NCBI GenBank assembly: GCA_963748095.1
Contig: CAVVIO010000023.1
Location: 42,518-106,517, forward strand
Direction: 5' to 3'
DNA length: 64,000 bases
Source: an uncultured Bacteroidales bacterium
Lineage (GTDB): Bacteria > Bacteroidota > Bacteroidia > Bacteroidales > UBA10428
A program made the translations under genes and the position numbers. Of this stretch, positions 19,116-28,880 are shown piece by piece (the stretch's first letter is position 1; the number at the start of each line of letters is the position of its first letter). The notes beneath the pieces were generated by a model. It did not search any database, was not told where the DNA came from, and saw nothing but the letters and a program-made list of their open reading frames with translations.

Positions 19116-19352
19116 ATGTCTGATATTGCATCTAGAGTAAAAGCTATTATCGTTGATAAGCTAGGAGTAGATGAAAATGAAGTAACACCTGAAGCTAGTT
19201 TTACTAACGATTTAGGTGCAGATTCACTGGATACAGTTGAATTAATCATGGAATTTGAAAAAGAATTCAATATTGGAATTCCTGATGATCAAGCAGAGAA
19301 CATTTCAACAGTAGGCGACGCTATCAAGTACATTGAGGAAAACGTAAAGTAA
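19116..19352 (+). CDS. acpP: Acyl carrier protein
   Basis: '[17 protein letters not shown]' contains the phosphopantetheine Ser. The ATG at 19116 gives a typical 78-aa ACP; the listed 19065 start is too long. Confidence 0.95.
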   Translation: MSDIASRVKAIIVDKLGVDENEVTPEASFTNDLGADSLDTVELIMEFEKEFNIGIPDDQAENISTVGDAIKYIEENVK

Positions 19353-19380
19353 GAATCACTTTTCAGAAATTTCGGAATTT

Positions 19381-20631
19381 ATGGAGTTAAAACGAGTTGT
19401 AGTCACAGGCATTGGGGCTCTGACCCCGATTGGGAAAAATGTTACCGAATTTTGGGAAAACCTGATCAATGGTGTCAGTGGTTCCGATATGATCACTCGT
19501 TTTGATACCACAAATTTCAAAACAAAGTTCGCTTGCGAAATAAAAAACTATGATCCCAATGATTACTTCGACCGGAAAGAGATCAGAAAAATAGATATAT
19601 ATGCCCAGTTTGCTTTGATTGCGGCCGATGAGGCAGTAAAAGATGCAGAATTTGACATGGAATCTATTGATCACGATCGGGCCGGGGTGATCTTTGGTTC
19701 GGGAATTGGTGGGATAACCACCTTTATGGACGAGTTGAGGGGATTTTATGAGGGGAATCGTATTCCCCGATTTAGCCCGTTTTTTATACCAAAAATGATA
19801 TCGGATATTGCCGCTGGTCGTATTTCGATGCGGTATAATTTCAGAGGCCCGAACTATGCAACTGTGGCAGCCTGCGCCACTTCCACCAATGCAATTATTG
19901 ATGCGTACAATTATATCCGACTTGGGAAAGCAGATATATTTATTTCCGGAGGATCTGAGGCTACTATTAATGAAGCCGGGATGGGAGGATTTAATGCATT
20001 GCAGGCTTTATCAACCAATAATGAAGAATATAAATCTGCTTCGCGGCCGTTCGATAAAACACGCGATGGTTTTGTAATGGGCGAAGGAGCCGGTGTGCTT
20101 ATTCTCGAAGAATTGGAGCATGCCCTAAAAAGAGGAGCTAAGATTTATGCCGAATTGATTGGTGGGGGTATGTCGGCAGATGCTTATCATCTAACTGCTC
20201 CGCATCCGGAAGGATTGGGGGCCGTGAATGTTATGAAAAATGTGCTGGATGATGCTCATTTAAAACCCGAAGATATAGATTATGTGAATGTGCATGGTAC
20301 AGCTACTCCTTTGGGTGATGTTTCCGAATCATTAGCCATTAAAAAAGTTTTTGGCGATCATGTATATAAAATGAACATAAGTTCGACCAAATCTATGACA
20401 GGACACCTTTTGGGCGCAGCAGGGGCTGTTGAGGCAATTGCTTGTATCTTGTCAACTAAATACGATATTGTTCCTCCGACAATCAATTTTTCAGTTCCGG
20501 ATCCTGATATTGATCCTAACCTGAATTTAACTTTGAATAAATCGCAAAAGCGTACGGTAAATGCTGCTTTAAGCAATACATTCGGCTTTGGCGGCCATAA
20601 CAGTTCTGTTATTTTTGTCAAGTATTCATAA
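19381..20631 (+). CDS. fabF: Beta-ketoacyl-ACP synthase II
   Basis: 'VAACATSTNAI' (active-site Cys), 'VHGTATPLGD' and 'KSMTGHLLGAAG'. Confidence 0.95.
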   Translation: MELKRVVVTGIGALTPIGKNVTEFWENLINGVSGSDMITRFDTTNFKTKFACEIKNYDPNDYFDRKEIRKIDIYAQFALIAADEAVKDAEFDMESIDHDRAGVIFGSGIGGITTFMDELRGFYEGNRIPRFSPFFIPKMISDIAAGRISMRYNFRGPNYATVAACATSTNAIIDAYNYIRLGKADIFISGGSEATINEAGMGGFNALQALSTNNEEYKSASRPFDKTRDGFVMGEGAGVLILEELEHALKRGAKIYAELIGGGMSADAYHLTAPHPEGLGAVNVMKNVLDDAHLKPEDIDYVNVHGTATPLGDVSESLAIKKVFGDHVYKMNISSTKSMTGHLLGAAGAVEAIACILSTKYDIVPPTINFSVPDPDIDPNLNLTLNKSQKRTVNAALSNTFGFGGHNSSVIFVKYS

Positions 20632-21364
20632 AATTGTGCCAAAACCAACAAGGTATTTAACAACTAAAAATTCGTTATTACCTGATAAAAAATTTCTCAG
20701 GCTTCTAAAAAATATTATTGGGTACAAACCGATGAAAAAGGAAATCTATCGATTGGCCTTTATTCATAAATCGGGATCATACCTTGTCTCCAAAAAAATT
20801 CCCATCAACAATGAACGGCTCGAATTTCTGGGAGATTCTATTCTGGATGCTATCATTGCCGAACATCTTTTTCATAATTACCCGCTTGAGGATGAGGGAT
20901 TTCTTACCCAGATGAGATCAAAAATTGTTAACAGGGATAACCTGAATTTTCTTGCTATCAAACTGGGAATTAGTAACCTTGTGGTTGCCAGGATAACTAA
21001 TGATAACCATAAATCGATATATGGAGACGCGCTCGAAGCACTGATAGGTGCAATTTACCTAGATAAGGGATTTAAGAAGACCAGGAAGATTGTTATTGAA
21101 AGGATTATAAATAATCATGTAAATCTGACCAAATTACAGGAAACGGAAGTAGATTTTAAAAGCAGGATTATTGAGTGGGGACAAAAAAACCGGAAAGAAG
21201 TAAACTTTTCTTCTTTTGAAGAACCTAACGAGGAAGATAAAACACCTTTATTTGTTTCCCATTTATTGATTGTCGACGAAATAGCAGGCAGGGGAATTGG
21301 CAGTTCGAAAAAGGAAGCGGAGCAAAATGCAGCTCGTCAGGCAATTGATAAGTTAGTGTTATAA
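20588..21364 (+). CDS. rnc: Ribonuclease III (start uncertain: an in-frame GTG at 20636 just after the fabF stop, or the ATG at 20732)
   Basis: Signature 'NERLEFLGDSILD', 'GDALEALIGAIYLD', and a C-terminal dsRBD 'GSSKKEAEQNAARQAI'. Confidence 0.9.
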   Translation: MAAITVLLFLSSIHKIVPKPTRYLTTKNSLLPDKKFLRLLKNIIGYKPMKKEIYRLAFIHKSGSYLVSKKIPINNERLEFLGDSILDAIIAEHLFHNYPLEDEGFLTQMRSKIVNRDNLNFLAIKLGISNLVVARITNDNHKSIYGDALEALIGAIYLDKGFKKTRKIVIERIINNHVNLTKLQETEVDFKSRIIEWGQKNRKEVNFSSFEEPNEEDKTPLFVSHLLIVDEIAGRGIGSSKKEAEQNAARQAIDKLVL

Positions 21365-21432
21365 CTGGAATTAAAAATATAATTATTACATTGCCATTAT
21401 TAACAATTCCCGATAGATATTGATATAATTGA

Positions 21433-21864
21433 TTGCTTGTGAAAAAGAAAGCCCATAAATTATCCTTTTCTCCTGATTTTGATTTTACATTGTTCGGAAT
21501 TTCTTCACATCAGAATGATTACAGGTTGATTTGGTCGATTAATACGGAACTTTCAATGAATTTTTCAAGAAAAGAGGACCTGACAATAAAAGATGAAAGA
21601 CTGGGAGAAAATCTCGAATTTGCCATGTATTCCTATTATGATGAAAACCGGGAGATGAAATACGGGATAATTGCTAACCGGGCAGAAAACGGTTATCTTG
21701 TACCCGAGCTTAAAAATATTGATTATTTATTACACCTGACAGGAGAAGCAGATGAACCGTTTCAAAAACAATTATTAACGGATTTGCGAAATATCAAAAG
21801 TATTACTGCTGTTTTTCTGCTAAATGTAGACGACCTGAAATCGAAAAAGAGACTGGTTTTTTAA
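21433..21864 (+). CDS. IPExxxVDY-family protein (function unknown)
   Basis: 'YLVPELKNIDYLLHL' fits the family-defining motif. Location downstream of rnc is as I recall for Bacteroidota. TTG start in the ORF track. Confidence 0.6.
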   Translation: MLVKKKAHKLSFSPDFDFTLFGISSHQNDYRLIWSINTELSMNFSRKEDLTIKDERLGENLEFAMYSYYDENREMKYGIIANRAENGYLVPELKNIDYLLHLTGEADEPFQKQLLTDLRNIKSITAVFLLNVDDLKSKKRLVF

Positions 21865-22108
21865 AAAAAAGTAAGGGATGAGATTCCGTCTCACCCCTTA
21901 TTAACCCTAACCTAAACTAAACCTATGAAAAAAATCTGCCAACTTTACTAACACCTATCTAAAACCTTAATTTTTATTTTTATTAATATTTTCTGTTGTA
22001 ATAACTGATGTAAAGATACAACAGATTATAGTTAACGAAATCTAACTTATGTTAAAGAAAGTTAAAAGGTTAAGAAGTAACTAAATCTACGATTATATTT
22101 GTATCGGA

Positions 22109-23695
22109 ATGAGTAAAAAGTGGATTTGGATATTAGCATTTTTCATGGGTTTTGCCATGGTCGGTCTTATTATAGTACAGACCTACTGGATAAAAAATGC
22201 TTTTCAGGTAAAGGAAAAACAATTTAATCAGCTCATCAGAAAAAGTATGAGTGAAGTATCATGGGAACTTCAACGTCAGGAAACATATAATTACCTGATG
22301 AAAGAAATAGATAGTGATGGTATTGACTCTATTGCCTCAGGGATCCATGATAGCTACTCCTTTGATACAATCATTAATTATGAATCAGAGAACAGTAACA
22401 TTCCACTTAATATAAAGCAAAACTTTACCTATTCTCAGAATGAACGGGAACAAAAGTTCAGTACTAAAATATCTGTTTCGCGAAATGATACTTCCATGAT
22501 TTCCGGGGAAAACGAAAATTTTTCTCCTGAATACCAGCGTCCCGAAAAAATTAGGGGAAATAAATCCGTTCATCAGAAGGAAATGTTGCAACGTTATAAT
22601 GAACGTCGACAATACCTTGATAAAATGATATCTAACTATATTTTACGGCTTACTCCGGATATTGAAGTGCGTGTTAGCCCCGATACAATGCAAAAGGTTA
22701 TTAAAAGTAAACTGGAAGAAAACGGCATTAATATTAATTTTGAATATGCTGTTACAAAATGGGGTAATGTAATTGCATATCACTCGAAAAATTTTAATGT
22801 AAACAGCGATAATCCATATTATCAGGTACAACTATTTCCCGATGACTATTTTTCAGATAATAATTATCTGACTCTCTATTTCCCTTTTCGTAGGAATTTC
22901 ATAATGAAATCTTTAGGCATTATGGGATTTTCATCAGTTTTATTAACTTTGGTTATTGTACTGGCATTTACGCTTACCATCTTTATCATTTTCAGACAAA
23001 AGAAACTGTCGGAAATAAAGAATGATTTTATTAATAATATGACCCACGAACTGAAAACACCTATCTCGACAATTTCACTGGCTTCCCAGATGCTTGGTGA
23101 TCGTTCCATTCCGGAAACAAGTAAAAATATTCAGCATATTTCGGGGGTTATTTCAGATGAAAGTAAACGATTGGGTTATCAGGTGGAAAAAGTACTGCAA
23201 ATGGCCATTTTCGATAAGGGGAAGCTCAATCTCAAACTGAAAAAAACTGATATACACGAATTACTTGAAAGTGTTATAAATAATTTTTCTATTCCTGTAA
23301 AAGCAAAAGGCGGTTTGATCATCCCTTCGTTACATGCTGAAAACACAATGATTGAAGTGGATGTGGTACATTTTACAAATGTACTGTCGAACCTTATTGA
23401 TAATGCTATAAAATATTGTGCTTCTACACCCGAAATTTATATCGAAACACAGGATGAGGGAAACAGCTTGTGCATTGCCGTGAAGGATAATGGGATTGGT
23501 ATCAGCAAAGAAGATCAAAAACGTATTTTCGAGAAATTTTATCGGGTATCAACCGGCAATTTGCATAATGTGAAAGGATTCGGACTTGGATTGAGTTATG
23601 TAAAGATGATAGTGGAAGATCATAAAGGTTACATAAAACTGGAAAGTGAATTAAACCATGGCACAACATTCAGAATATATTTGCCTAGAATTTAA
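22109..23695 (+). CDS. Two-component sensor histidine kinase
   Basis: N-terminal TM, second TM at about residue 270, H-box 'MTHELKTPISTI', 'DNGIGIS' and 'GFGLGLSYV'. Confidence 0.9.
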   Translation: MSKKWIWILAFFMGFAMVGLIIVQTYWIKNAFQVKEKQFNQLIRKSMSEVSWELQRQETYNYLMKEIDSDGIDSIASGIHDSYSFDTIINYESENSNIPLNIKQNFTYSQNEREQKFSTKISVSRNDTSMISGENENFSPEYQRPEKIRGNKSVHQKEMLQRYNERRQYLDKMISNYILRLTPDIEVRVSPDTMQKVIKSKLEENGININFEYAVTKWGNVIAYHSKNFNVNSDNPYYQVQLFPDDYFSDNNYLTLYFPFRRNFIMKSLGIMGFSSVLLTLVIVLAFTLTIFIIFRQKKLSEIKNDFINNMTHELKTPISTISLASQMLGDRSIPETSKNIQHISGVISDESKRLGYQVEKVLQMAIFDKGKLNLKLKKTDIHELLESVINNFSIPVKAKGGLIIPSLHAENTMIEVDVVHFTNVLSNLIDNAIKYCASTPEIYIETQDEGNSLCIAVKDNGIGISKEDQKRIFEKFYRVSTGNLHNVKGFGLGLSYVKMIVEDHKGYIKLESELNHGTTFRIYLPRI

Positions 23696-23706
23696 AAGCA
23701 TACCTC

Positions 23707-24396
23707 ATGAATAAAAAAATACGTATTTTACTGGCAGAAGATGATGAAAATCTTGGGTCGTTGCTCAAGGAGTATTTAATTGCAAAATCGTATGATACCG
23801 AATGGTTGGTTGATGGAGATAAAGCTTATAAAAGCTTTATCAAAGATCATTATGACCTGTGTATTTTGGATGTGATGATGCCTTTAAAGGACGGATTTAC
23901 GCTGGCACGGGAAATAAGGATGACCAATGCCGAAATACCCATAATTTTCCTTACGGCTAAATCAATGAAAGAAGATGTAATCGAAGGCTTTAAGATGGGG
24001 GCGGATGATTATATTTCAAAACCATTCAGTATGGAGGAGTTATTGTTCCGGATCGAAGCTATATTGAGGCGAACTCAGAAGGACGGGGTTGGTGGCAATC
24101 AGGCTGAGTTTAATATAGGAAAATATAAATTCGATGCTACTAAACAAACATTGTTTCTGGATGATGACTCACAAAAACTGACAACAAAAGAATCGGAATT
24201 ATTACAACTGCTGTGTAATAATAAGAATATAGTTCTCGAACGTAATTTCGCCCTGAAAACAATCTGGATCGATGACAACTACTTTAATGCACGAAGCATG
24301 GATGTTTACATTGCCAAACTTCGTAAATACCTTAAAGACGATCCCTCGGTACAGATAATAAATGTTCATGGGAAAGGTTTTAAACTGATCGGTTAG
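23707..24396 (+). CDS. OmpR-family response regulator
   Basis: Receiver domain 'ILLAEDDENL...DLCILDVMMP...LTAK' plus a winged-helix C-terminus 'MDVYIAKLRKYL'. Confidence 0.9.
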   Translation: MNKKIRILLAEDDENLGSLLKEYLIAKSYDTEWLVDGDKAYKSFIKDHYDLCILDVMMPLKDGFTLAREIRMTNAEIPIIFLTAKSMKEDVIEGFKMGADDYISKPFSMEELLFRIEAILRRTQKDGVGGNQAEFNIGKYKFDATKQTLFLDDDSQKLTTKESELLQLLCNNKNIVLERNFALKTIWIDDNYFNARSMDVYIAKLRKYLKDDPSVQIINVHGKGFKLIG

Positions 24397-24713
24397 GAAA
24401 ACCTTCAATAGATACATGTGATTTTATATGAAATCAATATCAGGCAATTATTGTCGTTAATGAAAATCAAATCCTTCAGCAATGGTGAGGAATTTTTTCT
24501 TAAATGTAATCTGATCCGGATTTAGTTGATGAAAATAAATTTACTTGAATTCGTATTCATTATAAAAGAGATTTATACTTTAAAATACATTTTGTAATAG
24601 GTACGTGAATAAGTAATTGAAAATTGTTAATAACTCAGCTGATTTCGACCGCTAAAAATCCTGCATTCCTTTTATTTTCAACCTTTTTATTATAATAATT
24701 AATATTAACTTTT

Positions 24714-25073
24714 ATGTTTCATCTTGTAAAAGCCAATAATTCATCTATGATTATTTCAGTGGCAGAAACAAGCCGGTTAAATTTTCTGAATGTTGATGAA
24801 TTAATTAATGATGTAAATTCTCTGATTAACAGTTCCTGCAGAAAAATTTACCTGGATTTAAAGGGAGTATCTTTTATTGATAGTAAAGCATTTGAAAGCC
24901 TGATAAAAATTAATGAACAGTGCTCTCAGTATGCAATAGAGTTCAGGTGCTGCAATGTATCCGATGAATTGCATGAGTTGTTTACATTGGTCAATAATGA
25001 CAATAAAATTAAAACATGTACCCTTGCTGAAATGGATGTACCTACATTAATAGAGGTACAACTTGCTAATTGA
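24714..25073 (+). CDS. Orphan STAS-domain protein
   Basis: 'IYLDLKGVSFIDSKAFESLIKI' is an STAS-like core. No adjacent kinase or phosphatase. Confidence 0.55.
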   Translation: MFHLVKANNSSMIISVAETSRLNFLNVDELINDVNSLINSSCRKIYLDLKGVSFIDSKAFESLIKINEQCSQYAIEFRCCNVSDELHELFTLVNNDNKIKTCTLAEMDVPTLIEVQLAN

Positions 25074-27486
25074 TTTTGGTAACAAAATTTTTGCTTGCAA
25101 TTTTTCCATCACTGGAAATTCCTTCTACAATAATCCTGAAATTGTTAATCCCGTGAGGTTTGGCAAATATTACAGTTGCTTTTCCATTTTCATTGGATTT
25201 AATATCTGGAGCCCAGTATACAGTTGAATAGGATAATTTATTTTTTTCATTTTCAGGCATATGTGAATACCTTGGTTGGTAAAACTCCCGTGGCGTATGA
25301 AATCCGAGCATTTGAAATTCTATCTGTCCTTTGATCATATATCTTCCTCTTTTGGTATAAATAGCGATTACTCCATTGGCACCTCTTATTCCATAAATGG
25401 CAGCACTTGGACCTTTTAAAAATTCAATTCGTTCAACATCTTGGGGGGGAATAGTAAACAATGCATCTGTCCCGAACGTTGGCACCCCATCTACTAATAC
25501 CAGCGGGTCGTTACTGCCTAACAGAGTGCTCGGTCCTCTTATAACAACCCTGTTCCCTGTTACAAGAACCCCGGGAACCCTGCCCTTAATTGCTTCCAGA
25601 ATATTCGGAGTGCCATCTGGAATATCTTTTCCGTAAATTACATTGTCCGGTTTACCATGTATGGAAGGAAGGTCATCCTCATGTTCTTTTTTATCCTCTT
25701 CTTCCTTGATTGCCTCTTCTTTTTTAAATTCTATATATTTTTCATGACGGTATTCTTTTTTGTCTCTTTCCGATACAGTTGTTAAAAATAAATTACCCTG
25801 GTACTTGGTTATTTTTTCATAAGGGGATTCTGCCAGAAGAATTAAAAGATTTTTTTTATTATTTGGCTTTCTAACAGTGATTTTTACTGAAATAGTATCC
25901 TGATAATCCAGCCCGTCAAATTTAAAATGTCCTTTGTCGCCCGATTTCTGAGAAAATACATCATTGTACTTATCTAATATTGAAAGAGTAACATCTGCGT
26001 TTTTAAAAGGGATGCCCAATAATTCACGCGTAATCTGGCCTTCGACAGTAATTTTATTCTCAGGTAAATACCTGATTCCCGGAAAGTCAGAATTCACAAT
26101 CTTGTCCCAGTCAAACCTTCTCCATCCCTGGGTAAGAAGTAAATCATCAAGTGCTTTTGCAGCCCGGGGAGAATCCTGAAAATAATATTCCGGATTATTT
26201 ATATAACCTTTCAAATCAGAAGTTAAAAGCAGATTAACCAGCATGGATGGTTCCTGAAAGAGATTCTTTGTAGTATCTTCCGGCAAAACAGACAATGAAA
26301 TGTTGGATTTTACCGGGTTATCATTTTTGTCAGTTATCTTAAGTGAAAGGTGTACCTTTCCACTATCAATTGTGGTAGCTGCAGCTAAATTAAGTTGATC
26401 TTCATGATTTATGAATACGAGTCTTTCGGAAAGTGGTATTCCGCGGCTGTTAAAAACCGTTAATTGTAAAATACCCGTAGGAAATATTGACTTATTCAAC
26501 AATTTCACTACTCTGTTATTTGACAAGTCTTCAATGGAAGTATAATACATTTTATCACGAACTTGTCCTGTTAAAACCACCTCATTTGCCATTCTGTCAT
26601 TCGTAGATGGACGATTGGAACTCAAAGTCAGAAATATATTTTCAGGATCTGAATTATCAATTTTCATTACTATTCCTGTAGGTAATATTTCCGGCAGATC
26701 GACTTTTATTTTCTTGTGTTTCTTGTAATTGACTACAGCATAATATTTTTTATTTTTTTCGGGAGTAAAAGCTACAGTTCCCATTCCATCATAATAACTT
26801 AGAAATGATGTTATTTCATTACCTTTGGTATCATAGATGTTACCGGATACATCAAGGCTAATTCCGGTTTCATTAATAGCCTTAAATGCCAGTACGGATG
26901 ATAGTCCGGCAATCAGGTTTCCCCCTTCAGGGAAAAAAGTGAATTCAATGTCGTTCGCCTTTTCAGCTGTTTTTCTCAGGTTTTTACGATTGCGTTTAGC
27001 TTCTTTGTTAGAGATTAATTTTATTTCATGGGGATTTATCACTGAAAGATTTTGTGAAAAATAATAATCAGTGTCAAAATTTTTCATCCAGTTTGTATAA
27101 GCCCTTATCTGGTATAGTCCTTCAGGAACAGTATCTGTAAGCAGGAATTCGCCATGACCAAAACCGAAGGTCATCCTTAAACGAATAATTTGCACTACAA
27201 TCTTTTTCGGATTAATAAGTTCAACATACAGGTTTGTGCTTATCGAGTCTGGATGATGATTCATCCCATTCAGCAGGTATGCTTTGAACCAAATTGTTTC
27301 ATTTGCATGATAAAGTGTCTTGTCTAAATGCAGGTAAACCTTTTGCTGGGGATAATACCTGTCAAATTTATTCAGTGAATTTTCAATTTTTTCAATTCTT
27401 CTGTCAATATCAGGCTCTTTCTCGTAATACAATGATAGTAGCAGGAAAGAGAATAGTATTAAAATTGTTAGTTTGTTTTTTTTCAT
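25066..27486 (-). CDS. Secreted MG2-like / CarboxypepD_reg / Plug-domain protein without a beta-barrel
   Basis: Signal peptide. 'QQKVYLHLDKTLYHANETIWFKAYLL' resembles an MG2 domain. 'ITVEGQITRELLGIPFKNADVTLSI' is also present. Plug-like 'DVERIEFLKGPSAAIYGIRGANGVIAIYTKRG'. Only about 100 aa follow the Plug block. Confidence 0.65.
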   Translation of the reverse strand: MKKNKLTILILFSFLLLSLYYEKEPDIDRRIEKIENSLNKFDRYYPQQKVYLHLDKTLYHANETIWFKAYLLNGMNHHPDSISTNLYVELINPKKIVVQIIRLRMTFGFGHGEFLLTDTVPEGLYQIRAYTNWMKNFDTDYYFSQNLSVINPHEIKLISNKEAKRNRKNLRKTAEKANDIEFTFFPEGGNLIAGLSSVLAFKAINETGISLDVSGNIYDTKGNEITSFLSYYDGMGTVAFTPEKNKKYYAVVNYKKHKKIKVDLPEILPTGIVMKIDNSDPENIFLTLSSNRPSTNDRMANEVVLTGQVRDKMYYTSIEDLSNNRVVKLLNKSIFPTGILQLTVFNSRGIPLSERLVFINHEDQLNLAAATTIDSGKVHLSLKITDKNDNPVKSNISLSVLPEDTTKNLFQEPSMLVNLLLTSDLKGYINNPEYYFQDSPRAAKALDDLLLTQGWRRFDWDKIVNSDFPGIRYLPENKITVEGQITRELLGIPFKNADVTLSILDKYNDVFSQKSGDKGHFKFDGLDYQDTISVKITVRKPNNKKNLLILLAESPYEKITKYQGNLFLTTVSERDKKEYRHEKYIEFKKEEAIKEEEDKKEHEDDLPSIHGKPDNVIYGKDIPDGTPNILEAIKGRVPGVLVTGNRVVIRGPSTLLGSNDPLVLVDGVPTFGTDALFTIPPQDVERIEFLKGPSAAIYGIRGANGVIAIYTKRGRYMIKGQIEFQMLGFHTPREFYQPRYSHMPENEKNKLSYSTVYWAPDIKSNENGKATVIFAKPHGINNFRIIVEGISSDGKIASKNFVTKIN

Positions 27487-27816
27487 GGCAACAAGTGTTA
27501 AATCAGGTAAAATAATCTTTCCGGAATCACCTCTCTGCTGTTAATTTCGGCGTTGCTGTTAATAAACAGTTGATTATCAATCATGTTTATTAAATTTATT
27601 TCCTTTATCGGAGGATATTATTTTATGTGTATAATTTCGTAAATTTCATACAGAAATTCAAAAAACAGGACTACTTATTTATAATCAACCGGTAAAATAA
27701 TTTTCAATAATTTATTTTTAGAATTTCTTTTTGGTTATTGTTGTAACTCATTTCAAATTCTCAAGCAAATTTGTATTTTTACGACCCTGTTTGTAAAACA
27801 TTAAAACACATGAAGT

Positions 27817-28554
27817 ATGTCAGGACATAATAAATGGTCAACTATAAAAAGAAAAAAGGGAGCGCTGGACGCGAAAAAAGGAAAAGTTTTTTCGAGAATT
27901 GTAAAAGAAATACAAATTGCTGTCAGGGAAGGCGGCCCTGATGCAGATGCAAATCCTAAACTTCGACTGGCAATTCAAAATTCTAAAGGTGTAAATATGC
28001 CAAAGGAAAATGTGGAAAGGGCAATAAATAAAGCCAGTTCCGAAGGGGCAAATTTGCAGGAAGTTACTTTCGAAGGTTATGCTCCCCATGGTATTGCGGT
28101 ATTTATCGAATGTCTTACCGATAATAATCAGCGAACGGTTAGCAATGTACGGGCAGTATTTAATAAAAGGGGAGGTAATCTTGGTACCAATGGTTCATTA
28201 AGCTTTCTTTTCGATAGAAAAGGTGTTTTTACAATACAGAAAGAAGGTCGGGATCCGGAAGAATTTGAGCTGGAGATCATTGATGCAGGAGCAGAAGATT
28301 TCGAAGTTGAAGATGATGTATTTGTTATCACCACAGCATTGGAAGATTTCGGAAGTATGCAGAAGAAACTGGATGAAATGAATATTACGGTTGAAAATGC
28401 CCAGTTGCAGAGAATTCCGAATGACATGAAACAATTGGACATCGATTCGGCTAAGAAAGTTTTAAGAGCCATAGATGAGTTTGAGGACATTGATGATGTT
28501 CAGAATGTATACCATAATCTGGAAGTAACTGATGAGATTAATGGAGGCACTTGA
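27817..28554 (+). CDS. YebC/PmpR-family transcriptional regulator
   Basis: 'MSGHNKWSTIKRKKGALDAKKGKVFS' is the canonical N-terminus. Confidence 0.9.
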   Translation: MSGHNKWSTIKRKKGALDAKKGKVFSRIVKEIQIAVREGGPDADANPKLRLAIQNSKGVNMPKENVERAINKASSEGANLQEVTFEGYAPHGIAVFIECLTDNNQRTVSNVRAVFNKRGGNLGTNGSLSFLFDRKGVFTIQKEGRDPEEFELEIIDAGAEDFEVEDDVFVITTALEDFGSMQKKLDEMNITVENAQLQRIPNDMKQLDIDSAKKVLRAIDEFEDIDDVQNVYHNLEVTDEINGGT

Positions 28555-28685
28555 AGATTAATGCTTAATTAAATACATTTCATTAAGTCGCTTGTATACA
28601 GAATGATATTCATGTCGTTTTTTAGATGAAATGCATATTCAGATTAATTTTCAAAAAAATTCTTTTAAAATATGATTTTTATCAG

Positions 28686-28693
28686 TAAATTTG
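28686..28693 (+). promoter_or_regulatory. Candidate -7 promoter element for the leu leader transcript
   Basis: taaatttg matches TAnnTTTG, 22 nt upstream of the leader ATG. Confidence 0.3.
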
Positions 28694-28714
28694 TGCCTCA
28701 ATATTGAAGACAAT

Positions 28715-28780
28715 ATGAATAGATTATATTCCATACTCACTATTATTATTCTTCTTGGTATTCTAAAGATTCCAAAGTGA
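28715..28780 (+). CDS. Candidate leu-operon leader peptide (21 aa, MNRLYSILTIIILLGILKIPK)
   Basis: Short ORF between the promoter-like motif and a terminator. 11 of its 21 codons are Ile or Leu, including the run IIILLGIL. Confidence 0.5.
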   Translation: MNRLYSILTIIILLGILKIPK

Positions 28781-28813
28781 GGATGGTATGTTAATATATT
28801 AAAAAACGCATAG

Positions 28814-28847
28814 AAGCCATTCTCACTTGGGAGAATGGCTTTTTTTA
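28814..28847 (+). terminator. Attenuator terminator upstream of leuA
   Basis: Stem aagccattctc / gagaatggctt with loop acttgg and a T-tract of 8, ending 34 nt before the leuA ATG. Confidence 0.7.
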
Positions 28848-28880
28848 TATAGAGTAGCTAACATTTAAATTAACTTAATC

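Noticed and set aside
21895-21935. Telomere-like or low-complexity 'aaccctaacctaaactaaacc' after the IPExxxVDY gene
   Set aside because: It is a single short occurrence next to an imperfect terminator-like hairpin (aagggatgaga / tctcacccctt). There is no repetition or other structure to support a function.
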